Assembly: GCA_020724865.1 (NCBI GenBank)
Contig: DYGA01000001.1
Location: forward strand, 196,624-260,623
Length of the DNA stretch: 64,000 bases
From: Candidatus Paceibacter sp.
Lineage (GTDB): Bacteria > Patescibacteriota > Patescibacteriia > S139-126
Reading direction: 5' to 3'
The notes under the pieces were generated by a model, which saw only the letters and a program-made list of their open reading frames with translations, was not told the DNA's origin and did no database searches. Of the stretch, positions 1-9,637 are shown one piece after another (position 1 is the first letter of the stretch; each line of letters starts with the position of its first letter). The translations under genes were made by a program, and so were the position numbers.

Positions 1-668
1 ATGTTTTTATGCTGTTATGGTTATTGGTAAATTTAAGTTTGATGATATTACCATTTCCATTTAGTAGTCGTTATACCCAAGGCCTGCACATAATTTTAGT
101 TTATTTCACTGTTGATGCTTTGTTATATATAAATTATTATCTAAAATTAAATTTCAGTAATATTTATAAAAAAATAATTAACGGCAATACCTTACTTTTT
201 AGTATAATATTTGTTTTATTTTTTTCTTTGAGTAATATTTTTCAATTGGTAAGAGATATTTATTATTTTACAGCTAAACCCAATCAGACCGGACAAATAT
301 TTTATTTAGAACAAGGTTTGATAAGTGCTTACAGTTGGCTTGAACAACAAGCAAAAAAAAAGGTAGTTTTGGCAGCAGATATTCCAGCAAAATTCACACC
401 AAGTTACTCTGGTCAGATTGCTTATGTCGCGCATGCCCACGAAACAATTTTTTATTACGCTAAAGCAGCTTATTTAAATTGGTTTTTTGCTGATAACAAT
501 AAAGAAAACGATGACAAAAAACACGCTTGGTTACAGCGTGAAGGTATTGATTATATTTTATATTCTCCGTATGAAAAAGAATTAGGTGATTTTCAACCGC
601 AAGAAAAAAATTATTTAAAACCAGTTTTTTCCAGTGGACAAACAACAGTTTATGAAGTTTTGCCTTAA
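1..668 (+). CDS. Polytopic membrane protein, C-terminal part (GT-C glycosyltransferase-like), 5' partial
   Basis: Frame is open to the window edge upstream of the ATG at 9; several TM segments followed by a soluble tail (AHAHET, IDYILYSPYE). Confidence 0.6.
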   Translation, partial: VFMLLWLLVNLSLMILPFPFSSRYTQGLHIILVYFTVDALLYINYYLKLNFSNIYKKIINGNTLLFSIIFVLFFSLSNIFQLVRDIYYFTAKPNQTGQIFYLEQGLISAYSWLEQQAKKKVVLAADIPAKFTPSYSGQIAYVAHAHETIFYYAKAAYLNWFFADNNKENDDKKHAWLQREGIDYILYSPYEKELGDFQPQEKNYLKPVFSSGQTTVYEVLP

Positions 669-2488
669 GGTAAATTTATAGTTTCACTGATTGGAGTAGT
701 TTTTAACTCGGGACTAGTTCCTCGCCAACCGTCTATAGCAATATAGCCATCAATCTCTACAATTTTTAGAGATATTTTTTCATCAGGCATTATCGGCAGT
801 AAAGTGTTATAAAATTTTTCAGTTTCCCAAGTGCTAGTTGGATAAAAATACATTAAAGGCCTAAGATATGATTTTTTATGGTTGGTGGTAATTTGCAGAA
901 AATAATCAGCTGACACTTTTTCCTTTATTTGCCAAGTTAGTTTTATTAAATTGTTTTCCGTTTTGGTATTTAGAGAAAAGTTTCCTAAATCAATTTTATT
1001 GCCAGTAGTCACAGTATAATTATAAACTGATTCAAAATTTGAAGGTTGTTCGCTTATTTGCCAAAGCATTAAACTATGATTGAAATATTTTAATTCATAA
1101 TCAGCAAGCAATTTTCTGATGTTTCCAAATCCAGCGGGATAATACTGGTGATAAGATTTTGATTGGGGAAACTGTAGGGCATAATAAATCATGTCATCAG
1201 GATCTAGTACCAGATAATCAGGTTTTTGGTATTCGTATTTTTCTTGAGAAAATTGTTGGTGACCAGTAAAAATATAATGCAGGGAGTATAAATTTTGCCG
1301 GTTGGAAAGAGGTGTTAAGTATTTATAACCAGCCGCTACTTTAGCTTCGGAAGGAATAGTAGTTAATATTTTTTGTGGCCATAGTTTTTCAGGATTTAAA
1401 TTTCTTATTACTCCCCAAGCCGGACCCAAAAATAACAGTAAATAAATCAGCGTCACCACCACAATCAATTTTGTTAAGTTAATATCAAACCATAAAAATT
1501 TGTGCAGTTTATTGTTTTGGGTTTGGATATTTTTTAGTCCCCAAATAGAGCTAACAATTAAAGCCGGAATAAAAAGTGAGGCATAATGAGTATCAACTAT
1601 AATATTACTTCCCCCTGGTTCACCTAATATAAATTGAAATAGCGGACCAAAGGCTAAAATTAAATAATTTCCTGCCAGTAGTGGTAAAAATAAAAAAGCT
1701 AACAGTAGCCCCAATATCATTTCTATATTGCCGAGAGAAAAAAAATGCAAAATAAATTGCCATAAATTGGTATTAAGTAGCCATTCGTAATATACCTGAA
1801 AACGTGAACCCCCAGTTTGGAAATGACTTATTATTATATTAGCTACGACAAAATAACCCAAACTCATAAACAGCGGTGTCAAATACCACCGCAGCGATTT
1901 TTTTTCTATCAAACCCAGTAAAAAAAATCCGCCAACTGCTATAGCTACATCTTCTCTAACCAGTAGCGCCAGGATTAGAAAAATAAAATAATATTTATAA
2001 TTGTTTTTTAAATAAAAATAATAAGCACCAAGCAACAAGGGTATAGCCAAAGGCAACAGGTGCCATTCGTGGAGATTTATATTCCAAGCCAGGGAATTTA
2101 TCAACCAAGCCAAAGCCAAAACTACAGCCAGTTTTTGATTGATAATATTTTTGGCAATCAGATAAATCGGTATGGTGACGCTAGCTATGATAATACTTTG
2201 CCAGAGTAGTAAGTTGAGTGGGGAGGGCCAGAGCCAATAAAAGGGTAAAAGTATATAAAGTAGCGGTTCAAAATGATCAGCAAAATAGTTATGACCTTGG
2301 ATACTAGACCACCAGCCATTACCGGTCGCAGCATTGTAAAAAACATTATTATAAATAGCCAAATCCAAAGCATTGTAACCCAAGAGGTAATATTTATACC
2401 AGCCAATAGTTGTTAGTACTACTACATAGGCAAACATTCCCCAATGTAAGATATATTTTTTTTCTAAAATTTGGCTAAGTTTATTCAT
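665..2488 (-). CDS. DUF2079-family membrane protein (putative GT-C glycosyltransferase)
   Basis: DLAIYNN...NYFADHFEPLL and REDV motifs; many TM helices. Confidence 0.75.
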   Translation of the reverse strand: MNKLSQILEKKYILHWGMFAYVVVLTTIGWYKYYLLGYNALDLAIYNNVFYNAATGNGWWSSIQGHNYFADHFEPLLYILLPFYWLWPSPLNLLLWQSIIIASVTIPIYLIAKNIINQKLAVVLALAWLINSLAWNINLHEWHLLPLAIPLLLGAYYFYLKNNYKYYFIFLILALLVREDVAIAVGGFFLLGLIEKKSLRWYLTPLFMSLGYFVVANIIISHFQTGGSRFQVYYEWLLNTNLWQFILHFFSLGNIEMILGLLLAFLFLPLLAGNYLILAFGPLFQFILGEPGGSNIIVDTHYASLFIPALIVSSIWGLKNIQTQNNKLHKFLWFDINLTKLIVVVTLIYLLLFLGPAWGVIRNLNPEKLWPQKILTTIPSEAKVAAGYKYLTPLSNRQNLYSLHYIFTGHQQFSQEKYEYQKPDYLVLDPDDMIYYALQFPQSKSYHQYYPAGFGNIRKLLADYELKYFNHSLMLWQISEQPSNFESVYNYTVTTGNKIDLGNFSLNTKTENNLIKLTWQIKEKVSADYFLQITTNHKKSYLRPLMYFYPTSTWETEKFYNTLLPIMPDEKISLKIVEIDGYIAIDGWRGTSPELKTTPISETINLP

Positions 2489-2603
2489 AACCTAATCATA
2501 CTGACAAATTAAATCATTGACAAATGTAAAAAAATAAATTACATTAATATGATTTATAAAAGTAAATTAATAATCAAATAATAAAAATAAAACGGAGTGA
2601 GTC

Positions 2604-2990
2604 ATGAAAAAAATATTTATTTTGGTTGTTGCTTTATTGACAGTTGTTTTGTTGGTTGGTTGTGGTTCAACTGTTGAATATACACTCAAAACTTCCAACG
2701 GGGAAGTTAAAGGAAATTTAACAGCTTATAATGTTGAGGAACTTAATGCCACTACCAAGCAAGTTGGTACATTGATTACTATAACTGATTCAAGTTTGTC
2801 TTCATCTGACCGTGCTTTACAGCTTATGTATATTACATCAATGAAGGACAGAGAAGTCCAAATTATAGTTCCTTACGGAAATTATGGTGGCTATTATGGC
2901 TACCAGGGTTCAAGGCAACAAACTAAAGATATGGAAATCAATGCGCTGGTCAGATATCAGCAGTACAAACAAAAGCAAATGCAAAAATAA
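2604..2990 (+). CDS. Hypothetical lipoprotein
   Basis: Signal peptide with LVGC lipobox; GGAG SD; TTGACA-N17-TACATT upstream (2517-2545); own terminator. Confidence 0.7.
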   Translation: MKKIFILVVALLTVVLLVGCGSTVEYTLKTSNGEVKGNLTAYNVEELNATTKQVGTLITITDSSLSSSDRALQLMYITSMKDREVQIIVPYGNYGGYYGYQGSRQQTKDMEINALVRYQQYKQKQMQK

Positions 2991-3002
2991 TTTTTCAAAA
3001 CA

Positions 3003-3030
3003 AAAAAGCGGAAAATTTTTTCCGCTTTTT
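3003..3030. terminator. Bidirectional intrinsic terminator
   Basis: AAAAAGCGGAAAA-TT-TTTTCCGCTTTTT between convergent genes. Confidence 0.8.
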
Positions 3031-3052
3031 ATTTTTTTATAAACAAATAAAA

Positions 3053-3469
3053 TTAGTAAGGTTGATAAGTGGCATAGAGGATTGCTCTAAATATCCAAGT
3101 CGATAAAGCATAAGCTAGAATCACAATCAAAAGACCAATTGTGGCTTGGGTTAATATTTTTCTAGCTTTTTCAATTTGTTGATCATTGCCAGCTGCAGTC
3201 ATCCACAAAAACCCGCCATAGATAATTAGGATGGTAAATAAAATACCCAAAAAACCAAGTAAGGCATTGATAATCAAGGCTATCACCTCTCTAATGTCAG
3301 TATCAGCATTACCCAGTTCGGCAGCTGTCCCAGTGTCAATAATGCCTTGTTTGATTTTGGTACCAGCATTTTGTCCAGTAGTGGTAGCAAGTGTAGGTAA
3401 AGCCGTTGGTAGCATTAGTAATCCCAAAACAAATGTAGAAATTATAATTGTTAATATATTTTTTTTCAT
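3053..3469 (-). CDS. VirB2/TrbC-like (T4SS-type) pilin, CPR family
   Basis: Signal peptide, two hydrophobic helices, IYGGFLWMTAAGNDQQIEKARKIL motif. Confidence 0.85.
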   Translation of the reverse strand: MKKNILTIIISTFVLGLLMLPTALPTLATTTGQNAGTKIKQGIIDTGTAAELGNADTDIREVIALIINALLGFLGILFTILIIYGGFLWMTAAGNDQQIEKARKILTQATIGLLIVILAYALSTWIFRAILYATYQPY

Positions 3470-3478
3470 ATTTTTAAC

Positions 3479-3856
3479 TTATCCCGTAGCAGAAAGTATT
3501 ACGTCAATTATAAATAAAGATAGGGCATAGGCCAGAATAACTATCAAAAGTCCCACTGTAGAGCTGGTCAAAATTTTTCTAGCTTTTTCAATTTGTTGAT
3601 CATTGCCAGCTGCAGTCATCCATAAAAAGCCGCCGTAGATAATCAAAACCAAAAAAATAGTTCCTATAAAACCTAGAGCATATTTGATAATTTCTCCAAC
3701 CAAAAAAGCGGGATTATCAGCTTCGGCTAGTTTAGCTTTTTGGTTGGTAGCTTGGGCAGTAGTTAGGGCATCTTGCAGTACAGAAGCTTTGACTAAACTG
3801 GGCCAAGTAAATATTAGACTAATAAAAAAATAAAATTTTACTTTTAGTTTATGCAT
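3479..3856 (-). CDS. VirB2/TrbC-like pilin, CPR family
   Basis: Same YGGFLWMTAAGN motif; start placed at MHKLK just after the upstream stop. Confidence 0.85.
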   Translation of the reverse strand: MHKLKVKFYFFISLIFTWPSLVKASVLQDALTTAQATNQKAKLAEADNPAFLVGEIIKYALGFIGTIFLVLIIYGGFLWMTAAGNDQQIEKARKILTSSTVGLLIVILAYALSLFIIDVILSATG

Positions 3857-3857
3857 A

Positions 3858-4187
3858 TTATAAACCAGCATCAATCAAAGTTCTAAAAACAAATTGAGTA
3901 ATGGCAAAAGCCAAGACCACTACCAATAGCCCAATCGTTGATGAGCGAATTATTTTTTGGGCCTTTTGTACTTTTTCTTCATTACCCGCAGCCGTCATCC
4001 AAGTAAAGCCCGCATAAATAATCAACACCAAAAAAACTGTTCCCAAAATTCCCAACACAGAATTGATAATACCACCTACCACATCTGGTAGCGAGGGATT
4101 GGTGAGACCCGTTGCCTGTTGTGCGTCAGAAAGTTGTTGATCCATAGAGGGAATTTGGGCATATACTTGTTTAATAAATTTGATCAT
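3858..4187 (-). CDS. VirB2/TrbC-like pilin, CPR family
   Basis: YAGFTWMTAAGNEEKVQKAQKII; start placed at MIKFIK. Confidence 0.85.
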   Translation of the reverse strand: MIKFIKQVYAQIPSMDQQLSDAQQATGLTNPSLPDVVGGIINSVLGILGTVFLVLIIYAGFTWMTAAGNEEKVQKAQKIIRSSTIGLLVVVLAFAITQFVFRTLIDAGL

Positions 4188-4189
4188 AA

Positions 4190-4819
4190 TTAATTGCAAT
4201 TATAAACACTGCCACAAAGTTCAGCGCAAGTAGCATTGGGTCTAAATAAATTTGGCGAAATACAACTGCTGCTAGTTTGACCATCGGTGCAATTATAGCT
4301 ATTTCCAACTGGTTGCAAACAAGCGCCGGTGGTAGTCGTATTTCCACCGCCAGAACTAGACGAAGATTTTTTATAAGCTTCAATAAAAAAGTTTGTTAAG
4401 GCGAAGGAGAGAAATACTAAAATAAACCCGACCACCGCACTACCTAATATTTTTGTGGCTTGTCTGACTTTTTCTTCATTGCCTCCAGCGGTCATCCAGG
4501 TGAACCCACCATAAATAAATAACACCAACATCACCACGCCAATAATACTTAAAATACCTCTTATTATAGTGCCAATTCTAGTTCCCAAAGAAACATCGGA
4601 TTTTATACCACCAATACCAGCGGCTTTGTCTAAATTGGACAGAGAATCTGCTTTGGCTAAAGTATAAAAAGTCGGAGAATTTGACTCAATAGCAGAAGCA
4701 CCAGTTACTTCAGCTGCTAAGGCAAATTGTCCACCAATAATCACGGCGGCTACCAAAATGATAGCCACCGTGATGTGGAATGTATAATCTTTTATTTTTT
4801 TATAAAAATAAAAATTCAT
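4190..4819 (-). CDS. VirB2/TrbC-like pilin with Ser/Gly/Thr linker and Cys-rich C-terminal domain
   Basis: YGGFTWMTAGGNEEKV; tail GACLQP...C...C...CAELC...C; start placed at MNFYF. Confidence 0.8.
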   Translation of the reverse strand: MNFYFYKKIKDYTFHITVAIILVAAVIIGGQFALAAEVTGASAIESNSPTFYTLAKADSLSNLDKAAGIGGIKSDVSLGTRIGTIIRGILSIIGVVMLVLFIYGGFTWMTAGGNEEKVRQATKILGSAVVGFILVFLSFALTNFFIEAYKKSSSSSGGGNTTTTGACLQPVGNSYNCTDGQTSSSCISPNLFRPNATCAELCGSVYNCN

Positions 4820-4827
4820 TACTGTAA

Positions 4828-5181
4828 TTATTGAGTAGCACCGATGATTACGCTGAAGATCCAAGTTGATAAGGCGTAAGCAATAATGATAATAAGCAAA
4901 CCAATAACGCCGGCGCTAATAATTTTCTTAGCTTGAGCAACTGCTTCTTCGTTGCCACCTGCAGTCATCCAACGGAAGCCACCTGCGATAATAATCAAAG
5001 TCACTACGATACCCAAAATTCCTAAAACTACATTGATAATACGAGCAATAGTTTCTCTGACGTCTTGTGTACCAAGACCAATTAAACTACCGTATCCTGT
5101 TCCAAATGGGTCAGTAGCCATTGCTGCAACTGGAGCTAATAAAAGTGACAAAAGACCAAAGGCTAATAGTTGTTTTTTCAT
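4828..5181 (-). CDS. VirB2/TrbC-like pilin, probable major pilin
   Basis: AGGFRWMTAGGNEE motif; very strong SD AGAAAGGAGGTGA; dedicated promoter. Confidence 0.85.
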   Translation of the reverse strand: MKKQLLAFGLLSLLLAPVAAMATDPFGTGYGSLIGLGTQDVRETIARIINVVLGILGIVVTLIIIAGGFRWMTAGGNEEAVAQAKKIISAGVIGLLIIIIAYALSTWIFSVIIGATQ

Positions 5182-5260
5182 AATGTCACCTCCTTTCTAA
5201 AATTATATTTTTAAATCATACCTTTTACACTTTACACTAATTAGTGTCTAAGGTGATTTT

Positions 5261-5289
5261 ATTATAACAGATATTATTTATTTTGTAAA
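5261..5289 (-). promoter_or_regulatory. Sigma70-type promoter of the major pilin
   Basis: Minus strand TTTACA-N17-TATAAT with TG extended -10. Confidence 0.75.
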
Positions 5290-5298
5290 GTTGATTTA

Positions 5299-5943
5299 TT
5301 AAGGTGAAGTGCGGCAACATTGAACAGTGGACCCGCCATTACATAAATTTGGCGTGCAAGTTCCATTACAACTTGTTGTGCAGTTTTCTAAACAGATACC
5401 AGCGTAATTGTAAGCGCAGACAGTATTGATAAGCGTATTATTTTCACCATTTTGACAAATATTATTGATACAAACATACACATTACCATCTGGTCCAGAA
5501 CAATTTGCACCATCAGGTTTACCTAAGCATTCCGAAGAAGTAGTATTGGAACTATTTGGATTTAGTTGGTATTGGCCTTTGACACCAATAAGTTTTTGTA
5601 AGTTAGATACAATTACATAGCTACCCAAAACAATTGCCAAACCAATCACAGTACCGACTAAGATATTGCGAGCGCGAGTAATTCGTTCTTGATTGCCACC
5701 GGAAGTAATAAACATCACCCCGCCAATGACCATTAACAGCAGTCCTGCTGCACCAAGATATTTAACTAAAAATAAATAAAAATTGGCAAACATTTGCACT
5801 AAATCAACCAAGTCGCATTTTTCTGCATTTCCTACCAAGCAATCATTCGGAATAATAGGTGAAGTTTGGGCAAAAGCTAAGCTAGGCAGAAAACCTAAGG
5901 CCAAAAACAGAAAAATAAAGAAAATATTTTTTTTAGTTTGCAT
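5299..5943 (-). CDS. VirB2/TrbC-like pilin with Cys-rich C-terminal domain
   Basis: IGGVMFITSGGNQERITRARNIL; multi-Cys tail. Confidence 0.8.
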   Translation of the reverse strand: MQTKKNIFFIFLFLALGFLPSLAFAQTSPIIPNDCLVGNAEKCDLVDLVQMFANFYLFLVKYLGAAGLLLMVIGGVMFITSGGNQERITRARNILVGTVIGLAIVLGSYVIVSNLQKLIGVKGQYQLNPNSSNTTSSECLGKPDGANCSGPDGNVYVCINNICQNGENNTLINTVCAYNYAGICLENCTTSCNGTCTPNLCNGGSTVQCCRTSP

Positions 5944-7339
5944 AAGTTGGTTTAATATAAGTTTGTTTTAGTTGTTCGACGGTATTGCGCATTAGCATAT
6001 TAAGATCAGAAAAATTACCTTGGTTCACTGTGGCTATAAGTTGTTTAATAATTTCTTCAGCTGCAATTGGATTGTAACCCCGATACCAACTTTCCGCAGT
6101 TAATGCTTGTTGGGTAAAGACCGAAGAGTTTGGTTCCGCTTGCTGTTTGGCGATTAGTTCTTTTAATGCGGGAGCTTTGCCGGATTTGGTCAAATAAGTT
6201 TCATTGTATTCTGGTTTAGTGGTGGCAAATAAGATAAAATCCCAAGCCGTATCTTTGATTTGCTGCTCACCACGGGGAGATACTCCCAACAACCAGTAGT
6301 TAGCAAAATTATATTTTTTAGCCAAAGGATCAATTTGTGGCAAGGGGGCAATGCCAAAATCTATTTTTGGTCCGCGGGCTCTGATTAAGGGAGCGTGGTA
6401 AGAATAGCCAAACATCATTGCGGTTCGCCCTTGAGCAAATGCATCCAGTGAATTGGGAAAGGTTTGATTCCAGGTATAAACTTCTTTGATGGGATTGGCA
6501 AAATCCGTATAAAAAATTAGAGCTTGTTGGCCGGGATTGTAGTCTTGACTGCCGCCGGGTGGAATTTTGTCAAAAGCCGGCATGTTGTCCGCACCAATCA
6601 TCTGTGCGCCATTTTGCATCATCAGTACCGACAAAATATCTGTGCCCCGTTCCACATTATCAGCTCTGCCCATAGCCACTGCGCTCCTGACTATTTTATT
6701 ATCCGTATCCAGTCGAGTGAGTGAAAGTACATCTTGTTTAAATTCTGCCCAGGTAGAAGGTGGAGTAGCAATATTAGCATCACTGAATAAAGTTTTATTG
6801 TAGTAAAGCGCCAAGGTATCTAGACCCAAAGGTAAGGCATAAATTTTATTATCTCGAATGACATCGTCTTTGACAACTTTGACAAATTTTTCATCCACTT
6901 GAACTGGGGTGAGAGTGGGAAAATCTTTTAGTTCCCAAATAACCTCTTTCTTGAATGTTCCTTTTGTAGTTTGGATTGGTAAAGCTATGGTTTGTGGTAA
7001 AGGTTCTAATTTTGTTTGGTAAGCTGTCACCCAAGTATTATGTAACATAAAAATATCTGGACCTCTATTTTCTGCCCAAGCTTCCAGCAATGCTCGTTCG
7101 TACTCTTCAATGCGTAGTTTTCGATATTCAAAATTGACATTGGGTCGAGTTTTTTTATACTCGGTAAAAATATCTTGCAACAAATCTTGCTCATCCCATA
7201 CCCCCCAAATTTTTAAAGTGATAGGTTTAGCTGCTTTTTGCGCTTCGGGATCACCGCCTTTGCAACCCACTCCCAACAGCGGTAAAGATAACATAATTAT
7301 CGTCAGTCCAAAAAATTTTATTTTAGTTAAACTTTTCAT
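5933..7339 (-). CDS. Extracellular solute-binding lipoprotein (sugar ABC-type, family 1)
   Basis: GVGC lipobox; GPDIF, IYALP, ALYYNKTLF, FAQGRTAM motifs. Confidence 0.85.
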   Translation of the reverse strand: MKSLTKIKFFGLTIIMLSLPLLGVGCKGGDPEAQKAAKPITLKIWGVWDEQDLLQDIFTEYKKTRPNVNFEYRKLRIEEYERALLEAWAENRGPDIFMLHNTWVTAYQTKLEPLPQTIALPIQTTKGTFKKEVIWELKDFPTLTPVQVDEKFVKVVKDDVIRDNKIYALPLGLDTLALYYNKTLFSDANIATPPSTWAEFKQDVLSLTRLDTDNKIVRSAVAMGRADNVERGTDILSVLMMQNGAQMIGADNMPAFDKIPPGGSQDYNPGQQALIFYTDFANPIKEVYTWNQTFPNSLDAFAQGRTAMMFGYSYHAPLIRARGPKIDFGIAPLPQIDPLAKKYNFANYWLLGVSPRGEQQIKDTAWDFILFATTKPEYNETYLTKSGKAPALKELIAKQQAEPNSSVFTQQALTAESWYRGYNPIAAEEIIKQLIATVNQGNFSDLNMLMRNTVEQLKQTYIKPTYAN

Positions 7340-7349
7340 AAAACTACAT

Positions 7350-8234
7350 TTAGATTAATTTTTTTAGATAGGCTTTTAGATCTTTGCTTATCTCCTTATC
7401 TTTTAGTCCATAAGCAATATTGGCTTTCAACCAAGTCAGTTTGTTACCGGTATCATAGTATATGCCGTCAACAATTTTGGAATAAATTGGACGAGTTTTT
7501 CCCAAAGCATCCACAGCATCAACTAGCCACAGTTCATTGCCTTTGCCTAGTTTGGTTTTTTCTAAAATCGGGAAAATATCAGGAGTCAAAATATAACCGC
7601 CCAAATTAGCAATCAATGAAGGAGTTTTTTCTGGCCCTGGTTTTTCAATAATTTTTTCTATCTGATAAACCGTTGGTTCAACTTTTACGCCTTTGAGCAT
7701 GCCGTATTTGGCAGCATCGGCTCTAGGCACTTGGTAACCAGTTGTTACCGGATCGCCATATTTTTGAAAAACTTCAATTAGTTGCAATAACCTTGGTTTA
7801 TCAGGACAATCAAAAACTTCATCTCCCCATAACATAGCAAACGGTTCATTGCCTACAATCGGTTTGGCATTCAAGATTGGCGTTCCATTGCCATAAGGGC
7901 CTTTTTGTCTGATATAAATAAAATTCGCAAGACGCGAAATATTTTTTATTTTTTCATACAGATCTTTTTTAGCTGGACTGCTTTTTAAAATTTCTTCCAG
8001 TTCGGGTGAGCGGTCAAAGTGATCTTCACAGGCGCGTTTAGTATAAGAAGTAACAAAAATAATATCAGTAATACCTGAGGCAACCGCTTCTTCAACCACG
8101 TATTGCAAAATTGGTTTGTCCAATATTGGCAACATTTCTTTGGGAATGGCCTTGGTAGCTGGTAAAAATCTAGTTCCCAGTCCCGCAACAGGAATTACTA
8201 CTTTTCGGATTGGATGAGTAAATTTTTTGGTCAT
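7350..8234 (-). CDS. galU: UTP--glucose-1-phosphate uridylyltransferase
   Basis: VIPVAGLGTRFLPATKAIPKEMLP; IEKP. Confidence 0.92.
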   Translation of the reverse strand: MTKKFTHPIRKVVIPVAGLGTRFLPATKAIPKEMLPILDKPILQYVVEEAVASGITDIIFVTSYTKRACEDHFDRSPELEEILKSSPAKKDLYEKIKNISRLANFIYIRQKGPYGNGTPILNAKPIVGNEPFAMLWGDEVFDCPDKPRLLQLIEVFQKYGDPVTTGYQVPRADAAKYGMLKGVKVEPTVYQIEKIIEKPGPEKTPSLIANLGGYILTPDIFPILEKTKLGKGNELWLVDAVDALGKTRPIYSKIVDGIYYDTGNKLTWLKANIAYGLKDKEISKDLKAYLKKLI

Positions 8235-8300
8235 GACAAACTATTAGTTTAATTTATTATAACAAAAATTACCAGTTTTATCCAAATTAAATAAAAAAAT

Positions 8301-8337
8301 AAAAAGATACTGTAATTCAAAAGTAACAGTATTTTTT
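8301..8337. terminator. Possible intrinsic terminator at the edge of the AT-rich islet
   Basis: AAAAAGATACTGT...ACAGTATTTTTT inverted repeat. Confidence 0.45.
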
Positions 8338-8789
8338 AATATAGAAATTAGTTTAGTGTAAAATCTTGATAAAATACAATGAATTGCAAATGATACTTGT
8401 ACGTCTTTTTTATTTAGTTACAAACATAAAATCAAAAATTTTTTTTACAATTCCTTATTCAAACAGAAATCACTTTGCAAATTGGTGTAAAATTGAAAAA
8501 TAGTTTTGATTTAATCCTATTGTTTTGTTATTTAAAAAAACTTATATTTATTTTTATTATTGTTCAAATATTTAATTTATTCTTGTTTTTTATTCACGTT
8601 GATGCAAAATCATTCATTTTAACTTTACGCTTACTTTTTACAATTACCTTGTATTGGTCTTTTGTATTTGCTCTCATGATATCTTTCGGCATTTGTTTCG
8701 TTTTCCCTACATTATTTATTTTGTGATAACTATAAAAAAACAAATTTAACTAATGTAAAGATAAATTTTTACTTTTTTGTTTATTCAAT

Positions 8790-9637
8790 TTAGGGATTAC
8801 AATATTCACAGTATTTAGGATCAGCAATTTTATCATAGTTGTTGTTATGTCTTTTTTCTTCGTAATTACATACAGAACATTTATATAGGTCATAAATAGG
8901 TAATTCTGTTGGTGAATTACACTATGAACATCTTAGTCCTTTTTTAAAATCGACAACAATAAAACCAGGAGCTTTGCACCGTGGGCATAAAGATTTAATG
9001 TTTTTTATTAAATCTTCAGTTGCTTTTTTTATTGCTTTCATGCGTGTAGGGTTTCTATGCGCTCGCATGTCGGACTCAATAAAAATTCTATTTGTAAAAA
9101 AATTATTTAATAATTTTTTAACTGTTTTTATTAGGTCTTTTTCTGTTGCAATATCCTTATAAATTCCAAAATGTCCATTTTTACTTTTTCTTACAATTAC
9201 ACCATGTTCAGGAAAGCCAATTTTTTTAGCAAAATCTAGTGCTTCCTCTACGGTTGTAACATATTGACCGTCTATGTTTGTTTCTGGAGTTCTGTGATGT
9301 CCCAGAATTTCAAACCCGTTTTTCTTGTCAATAAACAATAATAATTCTAAATTACCTTGAACAAAGGGGATTGATGGATGAGGACTAAAACTACCTTCAC
9401 TTGAAATACCTAAATCAACATTCTCAATTTTCATAGCCGCATGCAATTTTCTCGCGCGGCTTCTAATTGATTGCCAGCTCTTTTTATATCTCTAGTAAAA
9501 GTACCAAACTTATCAGAGTTAAATTGTTTGGGAACTACAATTTCAACATCAAAATGTTTTTTAATTAAAGGAGCAATCACTTGTTCTTTTTTATACATTG
9601 TGGCTATAACAATTTTTCTGCCTTTAAGTATATACAT
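8790..9637 (-). pseudogene. DUF6671-like protein pseudogene (frameshift plus in-frame TAG)
   Basis: N-part ATMYKKEQVIAP..FGTFT joins the next frame (SEGSF.PHP, DMRAHRNPTRM) through a 1-nt loss in an A run at 9447-9450; TAG at 8922-8924 is followed in frame by CNSPT..CSVC..ADPKYCEYCNP, stop at 8790. Confidence 0.8.

Noticed and set aside
665-668. Convergent genes sharing a TTAA stop overlap (also 40769-40772)
   Set aside because: Common compaction feature of AT-rich reduced genomes
8475-8726. 83-aa hydrophobic ORF
   Set aside because: TTG start, no SD, and composition explained by T-rich DNA; cannot be supported as a gene
8922-8924. In-frame TAG as evidence of stop-codon recoding or pyrrolysine
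   Set aside because: TAG ends intact genes here (murE, 17678-18157) and the same gene also has a frameshift; pseudogenisation is simpler
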